The notes under the pieces are model-generated. The model was given only the letters and a program-made list of their open reading frames with translations, was not told where the DNA came from and ran no database searches. This document shows, piece by piece, positions 8,777-15,917 of a DNA stretch of 64,000 bases. Origin of the DNA: Tannerellaceae bacterium (GTDB lineage: Bacteria > Bacteroidota > Bacteroidia > Bacteroidales > CAMTPD01); NCBI GenBank assembly GCA_051660585.1, contig JBOFPV010000038.1:1151-65150 (forward strand). The letters run 5' to 3'. The number at the start of each line of letters is the position of its first letter. Position 1 is the first letter of the stretch. The translations under genes and the position numbers were made by a program.

Positions 8777-11047
8777 ATGAAGCGCCTTTTTATTTTTTCA
8801 ATATCGCTACTTGGAGGTTTGATGACGCAACAAAGCTATGCGTCTGATAAACTTACAACCGATACCCTGCGAACCTATAATCTAAATGAAGTCGTTATCA
8901 CCTCTTCTACCAAAGAAACAAACAAACTTCAATCACTACCATCAGCTATATCAGTGATTTCTCCGCTTGCAATACAAAGCAGACAAATCGAAGCGATCAA
9001 AAACCTAAGCGGTTTTGTACCCAATCTTTTTATTCCTGATTATGGTGCAAAATTAACTTCTGCGGTATACATTCGTGGTATTGGCGCGCGCAGTAGCGGA
9101 CAATCAATAGGACTTTACATCGACAATGTCCCATATCAAAACAAAAGCACTTTCGATTTCAACCTAAACGATATACAGCGTATCGAAGTGTTGCGTGGAC
9201 CACAAGGCACACTTTACGGACGTAATGCAATGGGTGGTATTATCAATGTATATACCCTTTCTCCGTTTCAATACCAAGGAACTAAACTTTCTGTATCGGG
9301 AGGAGGCTACGGAGAATTTGCGGCAAAAGCATCTCACTACAATAAGTTAAGCAAAAACGTAGGCATCTCCGTAAGCGGATACTACAATCGCAACGACGGT
9401 TACTTCCGTAATGTATATACCGGAAAAAGAGCCGACTGGGAAGAAGCCGCAGGCGGAAGAATAAAGCTCGATTGGATGATCAAACCGTCTTTGAAAGCTT
9501 CTTTTCAAAGCAGCTTCGACTATACCAATCAAGGAGCATTTGCTTATGGTCTGCTTGATAAAGGAACACAAGAGGTAGAAAGTGTAAACTACAACGATCC
9601 GGGATCGTATTACCGTCGCGTTGTCAACAACAGTATTAACCTAGAATACAGAACCGATAATTTTATCTTGAGTTCTACAACCGGGCAACAATACTTCATG
9701 GACCGTATGCAAATGGACCAAGACTTTACAGACAAGTCGATCTTCACCCTTACACAAAAGCAACGACAAAACTCGGTAAGTGAAGAACTAGCTATCCGTT
9801 CCAACAACAAGAATAACTACAAATGGTCGTTCGGAACGTTTGGATTCTATAACTACTTACATACCGACGGACCTGTTACTTTCAAACAAGACGGCGTGCA
9901 AGGAATTCTTCAAAAGGTATTTGACGACCTTAAAGAAGAAAACCCAAAAGCTCCATATATAAAGATTACTGACAATGAAATCTATATCCCGGGTACATTT
10001 AAGACTCCATCGTATGGGGTCGCATTGTTTCACCAATCTACATTCGAAGATCTATTTACCGAAGGTTTATCGTTCACGGCCGGACTCCGTTTCGACTATG
10101 AAAAAGCAGAGCTTCGTTACGATACCAACATTGAGATGAATACGCTTATCGATATGGGACGTCCCGGAGTGCCACCAATGCCAATGGCTCTTCAAGACAC
10201 CTTGCAAGGAAAAACATCGATGGACTTCACTCAACTGTTGCCAAAGTTTGCATTGAAATATGAATTTAGTCCGAAGCAATTTATATATGCATCGGTAACC
10301 AAAGGATACAAAGTAGGTGGATATAACGTACAAATGTTTGCCGACTTAATTCAAGAAAGTCTAAAAAACAAATTCAATCCCGGAGGTACAAGCACCTCTA
10401 TTCAGGATGCCGTTTCGTATGCTCCGGAAAAAAGTTGGAACTATGAATTAGGCGGACGCTGCGATATTATCCCGGATCATCTCAATGCAGATCTTACATT
10501 CTTCTACATGGACATCGATGATATCCAGTTGACAAAGTTTGTAAACAGCGGTAACGGTCGCATTATTGCAAATGCAGGAGCCGCATCAAGTTATGGAGCA
10601 GAAGTTTCATTACGTAGTCGTATTACCGATGCACTTTCGGCAGATTTGAATTATGGCTATACACATGCCACGTTTAAGAACTACGATGACGGCAAAAACA
10701 ACTACGAAGGCAAATTCATACCCTACACACCAAGACACACATTCTCGGTAGGAATCAATTATGCGCGCACACTACGTTGTCCATTTATTGACCAAGTTAG
10801 TTTTGCTACGCAATACACGGCTGCCGGAAAAATTTACTGGACAGAGCGAAACGACTTTTACCAAAAATTCTATGGTACGCTCAATGCTAAAATAGGTTTC
10901 AGAAAAGGAGCCGTAAAACTTGACGTGTGGGCCAAGAACATGCTCAACACCGATTATCAAGCATTTTACTTCGAATCATTCGGTAATTCGTTTGTACAAA
11001 AAGGCAAACCATTCAGAATGGGAGCCGATCTAAGCGTCAGCTTTTAA
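8777..11047 (+). CDS. TonB-dependent outer-membrane receptor (non-SusC type)
   Basis: Signal peptide, LNEVVIT, plug motifs YIRGIG and RIEVLRGPQGTLYGRNAMGGIINV, C-terminal Phe. Confidence 0.93.
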   Translation: MKRLFIFSISLLGGLMTQQSYASDKLTTDTLRTYNLNEVVITSSTKETNKLQSLPSAISVISPLAIQSRQIEAIKNLSGFVPNLFIPDYGAKLTSAVYIRGIGARSSGQSIGLYIDNVPYQNKSTFDFNLNDIQRIEVLRGPQGTLYGRNAMGGIINVYTLSPFQYQGTKLSVSGGGYGEFAAKASHYNKLSKNVGISVSGYYNRNDGYFRNVYTGKRADWEEAAGGRIKLDWMIKPSLKASFQSSFDYTNQGAFAYGLLDKGTQEVESVNYNDPGSYYRRVVNNSINLEYRTDNFILSSTTGQQYFMDRMQMDQDFTDKSIFTLTQKQRQNSVSEELAIRSNNKNNYKWSFGTFGFYNYLHTDGPVTFKQDGVQGILQKVFDDLKEENPKAPYIKITDNEIYIPGTFKTPSYGVALFHQSTFEDLFTEGLSFTAGLRFDYEKAELRYDTNIEMNTLIDMGRPGVPPMPMALQDTLQGKTSMDFTQLLPKFALKYEFSPKQFIYASVTKGYKVGGYNVQMFADLIQESLKNKFNPGGTSTSIQDAVSYAPEKSWNYELGGRCDIIPDHLNADLTFFYMDIDDIQLTKFVNSGNGRIIANAGAASSYGAEVSLRSRITDALSADLNYGYTHATFKNYDDGKNNYEGKFIPYTPRHTFSVGINYARTLRCPFIDQVSFATQYTAAGKIYWTERNDFYQKFYGTLNAKIGFRKGAVKLDVWAKNMLNTDYQAFYFESFGNSFVQKGKPFRMGADLSVSF

Positions 11048-11131
11048 GCAAATAATTTTGCGACTACATAACAAACCATAACCTTATCTTCCTATTAGAA
11101 ATTCAAACTCATTAAACTACACATCTTGTTC

Positions 11132-11169
11132 AAAGCCGCCTATTCTCAAACGATGAATAGGCGGCTTTT
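11132..11169 (+). terminator. Intrinsic terminator after the TonB receptor
   Basis: AAAGCCGCCTATTC-N9-GAATAGGCGGCTTTT. Confidence 0.8.
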
Positions 11170-11269
11170 ACATGAAGACACAAATAAAATACACAATCAA
11201 ATAGGACGGAATCCATTTTTGTTGCTATTTTGCAGAATCAGACTAATACATAAAATAAAGTTTATACCT

Positions 11270-11665
11270 ATGAATACACTCGTAACAATTGCTGAATTTA
11301 ATCAGCCCAACCGTGCACAATTTCTCAAAAGCCTGCTCGAAGCAGAGGGAATACAATGCTTTCTGAAAGATGAACTAACGTCGCAGATATATGGAACAGG
11401 CATCATGTTCGGAGGAGTCAAGCTACAAGTATTAGATACGGATGTAGAAACTGCCACTCGTATTCTAATTGCCGGCGGTTTTGAAGAAGACTCTGTTCAA
11501 CTCGAAAATCAAAAAGAAGATCTCGAGTCTTCAAAAACAATTTTCAGCAAAGTTCCCTACATTGGTCGCCTCAGTTATCCGGCACAAATGTGGACAGTAC
11601 TGGTATTAACTATTGTTCTAGGGCTACTTTTAGGTCTTGTCGGTTATTTCACAAATTCAATATAA
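11270..11665 (+). CDS. DUF2007-like (PII-like fold) protein with a C-terminal TM helix
   Basis: Likely start ATG 11270 (MNTLVTIAEF); A..LKSLLEAEGIQCFLKDE and GGVKLQV..D...A motifs. The upstream ORF extension runs through a terminator. Confidence 0.75.
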   Translation: MNTLVTIAEFNQPNRAQFLKSLLEAEGIQCFLKDELTSQIYGTGIMFGGVKLQVLDTDVETATRILIAGGFEEDSVQLENQKEDLESSKTIFSKVPYIGRLSYPAQMWTVLVLTIVLGLLLGLVGYFTNSI

Positions 11666-11688
11666 TGCACATCTAACAAATTGAAAAC

Positions 11689-11868
11689 ATGGCACGCAAA
11701 AAATTGTCCAATAGTCAAATCATTTGCATTGTACTCCTTTGGGGATTACTCTGTTTTATACTCATCTCTTCCGGTGCTAAACTAGACGGGCAAGCTATAT
11801 TTGCCATGATTGCATCGGGTATAATAGTTTTTGTTCCTATCTATAAACAAATCCGCAAAAGAGAATAA
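11689..11868 (+). CDS. Small 59-aa two-TM membrane protein (below the ORF-track cutoff)
   Basis: MARKKLSNSQIICIVLLWGLLCFILISSGAKLDGQAIFAMIASGIIVFVPIYKQIRKRE*; two hydrophobic helices with basic ends; starts 23 nt after the DUF2007 stop. Confidence 0.7.
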   Translation: MARKKLSNSQIICIVLLWGLLCFILISSGAKLDGQAIFAMIASGIIVFVPIYKQIRKRE

Positions 11869-11966
11869 TAATTTACATTTCACACACTAACCACACATAC
11901 AAAACAAATTGCTCGCAAATAGATCACTTTTACTTTCATATTTGTTTCATATGTCGATTTTATATT

Positions 11967-11974
11967 TATCTTTG
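11967..11974 (+). promoter_or_regulatory. Bacteroidota sigma-ABfr -7 element of gdhA
   Basis: TATCTTTG matches TAnnTTTG; TTTG upstream at 11941-11944. Confidence 0.6.
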
Positions 11975-12033
11975 CAACCACACACAAAGTATAAAAGTAA
12001 TTTTGACAACCATAATAAAGCAATTGAGACACC

Positions 12034-13368
12034 ATGAAAGCAACAGAAGTATTGGATCAATTAAAAAGACGTTTTCCTAACGAACCTGAATACCATCAGG
12101 CTGTACAAGAAGTATTAGAATCTATCGAGGGTATTTATAACGAACACCCGGAGTTTGACAAAGTAAACTTGATCGATAGACTTTGTATACCGGATCGTAT
12201 TTTCACGTTTCGTGTAACATGGATGGACGACAAAGGAAATGTACACGCCAATATGGGCTACCGTGTTCAACACAACAACGCGATTGGACCATACAAAGGA
12301 GGTATCCGTTTCCACTCATCTGTAAACCCATCTATTCTTAAATTCCTAGCATTTGAGCAAACTTTCAAAAACTCACTTACTACACTACCTATGGGTGGAG
12401 GTAAAGGTGGTTCCGATTTCAACCCAAAAGGCAAATCAAACACAGAAATCATGCGTTTCTGCCAAGCATTTGTATTGGAGTTGTGGAGACACATTGGTCC
12501 TGAAACCGACGTACCGGCAGGTGACATTGGTGTAGGTGGCCGCGAAGTAAGCTACATGTATGGAATGTATAAGAAACTAGCTCGCGAAAACACAGGAACA
12601 TTCACCGGTAAAAGCTTGGAAACAGGCGGTTCTTTGATCCGTCCCGAAGCAACAGGATACGGCAACGTATATTTCCTACTTGAAATGTTGAAAACAAAAA
12701 ATATCGACATCAAGGGTAAAGTTGTTGCTATCTCAGGCTCTGGAAACGTAGCACAATACACAGCTGAAAAACTGATTGAACTAGGTGCAAAAGTTGTTAC
12801 CATGTCCGACTCGAATGGTTACATCTACGATCCGGAAGGCATTGATCACGAAAAGTTAAACTACATCATGGAATTGAAAAACCTTTACAGAGGTCGTATC
12901 CGTGAGTATGCAGACGAATACGGCTGCAAATACGTAGAAGGCGGTCGTCCATGGAGTGAAAAGTGTGATATTGCATTGCCAAGTGCAACACAAAATGAAC
13001 TAAATGGAGACGACGCACGTGCTTTGATCGCAAACGGATGTATCGCTGTTTCGGAAGGAGCTAACATGCCTTCAACTCCGGAAGCAATTGAAGTATTCTT
13101 AGAAAATCACATCTTGTATGCTCCGGGGAAAGCTGCAAATGCAGGAGGAGTAGCTACATCTGGTTTGGAAATGACACAAAATGCAATCAAACTAGGTTGG
13201 ACAAGAGAAGAAGTTGATGAAAGACTAAAATCAATCATGAAGTCTATCCACGAGCAATGTATGAAGTATGGTACAGATGCTAATGGCTTTGTAAACTACG
13301 TGAAAGGTGCGAACATCGCAGGATTCATGAAGGTAGCCAAAGCGATGATGGATCAAGGCGTAATCTAA
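12034..13368 (+). CDS. gdhA: Glutamate dehydrogenase (Bacteroides GdhA type, NAD(P)H)
   Basis: GPYKGGIRFH, GGGKGG, VPAGDIG, GSGNVA and EGANMP; N-terminus LKRRFPNEPEYHQAV as in Bacteroides GdhA. Confidence 0.93.
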   Translation: MKATEVLDQLKRRFPNEPEYHQAVQEVLESIEGIYNEHPEFDKVNLIDRLCIPDRIFTFRVTWMDDKGNVHANMGYRVQHNNAIGPYKGGIRFHSSVNPSILKFLAFEQTFKNSLTTLPMGGGKGGSDFNPKGKSNTEIMRFCQAFVLELWRHIGPETDVPAGDIGVGGREVSYMYGMYKKLARENTGTFTGKSLETGGSLIRPEATGYGNVYFLLEMLKTKNIDIKGKVVAISGSGNVAQYTAEKLIELGAKVVTMSDSNGYIYDPEGIDHEKLNYIMELKNLYRGRIREYADEYGCKYVEGGRPWSEKCDIALPSATQNELNGDDARALIANGCIAVSEGANMPSTPEAIEVFLENHILYAPGKAANAGGVATSGLEMTQNAIKLGWTREEVDERLKSIMKSIHEQCMKYGTDANGFVNYVKGANIAGFMKVAKAMMDQGVI

Positions 13369-13411
13369 TATAGATACAGAAGGTATTAATGTAAAGTTTA
13401 ATTTTTGGATC

Positions 13412-13448
13412 AAAAGGAGGATGTAGACAATTACATCCTCCTTTTTTT
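13412..13448 (+). terminator. gdhA terminator
   Basis: AAAAGGAGGATGTA-N6-TACATCCTCCTTTTTTT. Confidence 0.85.
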
Positions 13449-13472
13449 ATTTTCGTGATATATACTAAAGAA

Positions 13473-13582
13473 AAACCATACAAGGTTCTTTTAAAAACCT
13501 AACAGACTTTTTCTAGAAACCATGCATACTTTTGGAAAGAACCTAACTAGCTTTTTTCAAGAACGATACATCCTTTTTTTGA
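13473..13582. repeat. Five degenerate 22-bp tandem repeats
   Basis: AAACCATACAAGGTTCTTTTAA / AAACCTAACAGACTTTTTCTAG / AAACCATGCATACTTTTGGAAA / GAACCTAACTAGCTTTTTTCAA / GAACGATACATCCTTTTTTTGA. Confidence 0.7.
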
Positions 13583-13752
13583 AAGAAAACAGATGCATTT
13601 ATCCCACTACCCTTATTGTATTTTCTAAGACTAAAAGGTTTTTAAAAATCGAATAAAACCTATAATCACAGAGCAAACCAATTGCTAACGTTGAATAAAT
13701 TAGCCAGAATGTATAAAATAATGCTACCTTTACCAGACTAACGATCCAAATT

Positions 13753-15189
13753 ATGGAAAAAGAAAAGCTTAGCGAATTATTCCAAAAGCACACCGGATGC
13801 ATCGCCTTAGCCATAACAGAGCTTCCTTCTTCAGGTTCGAATCGAAGATATTTCAGAATCACCGGCGAAAATAACTTGTCTTTAATAGGAGTTTGCGGTA
13901 CTCAACCTGAGGAAAATGCAGCCTTCATTTACATGGCAAAACATTTTGGTGAGCAAGGGTTGCCTGTTCCAAAAGTGCTTATACAATCTGACGATACGAA
14001 TTACTATCTCCAAGAAGACCTCGGAGATACACTCCTTTTTGACGCCTTAGAGAAAGGCCGAAAAACAGGAGTATATTCAGATACGGAAAAGTCTTTACTA
14101 CATAAGACAATGGCTATGCTTCCCGATGTACAATATCGTGCAGCAAACAATATGGACTTTAGTCATTGTTACCCGCAGCCCGCGTTCAACAAACGCTCCA
14201 TCCTATGGGATCTCAACTACTTCAAGTATTGTTTTCTCAAAGCCACCGGTATGGAGTATCAAGAAGATCGCCTGGAAGACGACTTCGAGAAACTGGCAGA
14301 CGTCTTATTGCAAGATGATTCAAATACTTTTCTTTACCGTGATTTTCAGGCTCGCAATGTAATGCTCTGCAATGGAGAACCTTATTTTATCGACTTCCAA
14401 GGCGGTCGTAAAGGTCCGGTATATTACGATGTGGCCTCGTTTTTATGGCAGGCAAAAGCAAACTATTCCGATTCGCTTCGGGAAGAATTGCTGAGTACCT
14501 ACCTTACCTCTCTAAAACGGTATACAACTGTAGATGAAGTTGATTTCAGAAAACAACTTCAGCACTATATTTTATTCCGCACACTTCAGGTACTAGGAGC
14601 ATATGGTTTCAGAGGATACTTTGAAAAGAAGCCACATTTTATCCAAAGTGTGCCGTATGCAATCGCCAACCTAAAGGCGCTATTGAAAAATAATTTCAAA
14701 GAATATCCATACTTATGTAATGTTCTTCGTGAGCTTACTGAACTAAAACAGTTTTCGGAAGATATAAAGAAACGAAGGCTTGAAGTGAAAATATTTTCAT
14801 TTGCTTATAAAAAAGGAATCCCTAACGACACCACAGGTAATGGAGGCGGATTTGTTTTTGATTGCCGAGCAATCAATAATCCGGGCAAATATGAGCGATA
14901 CAATCACTTTACGGGATTGGACGAACCGGTTGTTGAATTCCTCGAAAACGAAGGAGAAATAACCAGTTTCCTCAATAATGTTTATCCAATTGTCGATGCC
15001 TCGGTACAACGATACATAGACCGTGGATTCGCAAGCTTGATGATTTGTTTCGGATGCACAGGCGGACAACACCGCTCTGTTTATTCGGCACAAAAGATGG
15101 CAGAGCATCTACACGACAAATTTGACGTTAAAATTCAACTCATTCATAGAGAACAAAACATTGAACAAATTTTAGAATCAAGATTATGA
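13753..15189 (+). CDS. AmgK-like amino-sugar phosphotransferase (APH fold) fused to a RapZ C-terminal domain
   Basis: GSNRRYFR, EDLGD, YRDFQARNVM, IDFQG and YDVAS (AmgK-like); C-terminal FSFAYKKGIP, FVFDCR and FGCTGGQHRSV (RapZ-C). Confidence 0.85.
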   Translation: MEKEKLSELFQKHTGCIALAITELPSSGSNRRYFRITGENNLSLIGVCGTQPEENAAFIYMAKHFGEQGLPVPKVLIQSDDTNYYLQEDLGDTLLFDALEKGRKTGVYSDTEKSLLHKTMAMLPDVQYRAANNMDFSHCYPQPAFNKRSILWDLNYFKYCFLKATGMEYQEDRLEDDFEKLADVLLQDDSNTFLYRDFQARNVMLCNGEPYFIDFQGGRKGPVYYDVASFLWQAKANYSDSLREELLSTYLTSLKRYTTVDEVDFRKQLQHYILFRTLQVLGAYGFRGYFEKKPHFIQSVPYAIANLKALLKNNFKEYPYLCNVLRELTELKQFSEDIKKRRLEVKIFSFAYKKGIPNDTTGNGGGFVFDCRAINNPGKYERYNHFTGLDEPVVEFLENEGEITSFLNNVYPIVDASVQRYIDRGFASLMICFGCTGGQHRSVYSAQKMAEHLHDKFDVKIQLIHREQNIEQILESRL

Positions 15190-15917
15190 AAGCAATGATT
15201 TTTGCAGCGGGCACAGGTAGCAGGCTTAAACCGTTGACAGATACAAAGCCTAAAGCCCTCATCGAAGTGGGAGGAAAACCATTGCTCCAACATGTAATTG
15301 AAAAACTAAAAGCATCAGGTTTTACATACCTTGTTATCAACGTGCACCATCTAGCCGATCAGATCATCGACTTCTTGCAAGCAAATGGTAACTTTGGTAT
15401 CGAAATTCACATTGCAGACGAACGCGACTATCTACTCGACACCGGCGGTGGAATCAAGAATGCAAGACATTTACTCGAAGGTGAAGAGCCTTTCTTGATA
15501 CATAATGTCGATATCTTATCCAACGTAGATTTAAAGGAAGTATATGAATCACATATCAGCTCCGAAGCATTGGCTACACTGGTAGTAAGCAAGCGCAAAA
15601 CGAGCAGGTACCTTTTGTTTGACAAGCAAAACCGTCTTTCGGGATGGAAGAATAAAGAAACCGGAGAGATTAAATCCTATTTTCCAGACTTCGACCCTTC
15701 GAGATATGAAGAGTACGCATTCAGTGGAATACACGTTTTATCTCCTGAAATATTTGAATGGATGGATGAGTGGACAGGCAAGTTTCCTATCATCAACTTT
15801 TATTTATCGATTGCTGCAAAAGCAGATCTTCGGGCCTACCCGGCCGAGCATTTACAACTGCTCGATGTAGGCAAACCCGAAACACTGCAACAAGCGGAAG
15901 AATTATTTAAGGTTTAA
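15186..15917 (+). CDS. MurU-like sugar-1-phosphate nucleotidyltransferase
   Basis: MKAMIFAAGTGSRLKPLTDTKPKAL, LDTGGG and HNVDI; start overlaps the AmgK-like stop (ATGA). Confidence 0.85.
   Translation: MKAMIFAAGTGSRLKPLTDTKPKALIEVGGKPLLQHVIEKLKASGFTYLVINVHHLADQIIDFLQANGNFGIEIHIADERDYLLDTGGGIKNARHLLEGEEPFLIHNVDILSNVDLKEVYESHISSEALATLVVSKRKTSRYLLFDKQNRLSGWKNKETGEIKSYFPDFDPSRYEEYAFSGIHVLSPEIFEWMDEWTGKFPIINFYLSIAAKADLRAYPAEHLQLLDVGKPETLQQAEELFKV

Noticed and set aside
11126-11269. N-terminal extensions of ORF-track calls (also at 4912, 18888, 21793, 30734, 40533 and 53214)
   Set aside because: Downstream ATGs give proper signal peptides or family-typical N-termini, and several extensions cross promoters or terminators.
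13473-13582. Possible CRISPR array
   Set aside because: The units are contiguous and degenerate, with no unique spacers and no cas genes; kept as a tandem repeat.
15907-15917. 11-nt convergent overlap of the MurU-like and dikinase stop codons
   Set aside because: Short tail-to-tail overlaps are common; there is no evidence of a special function.
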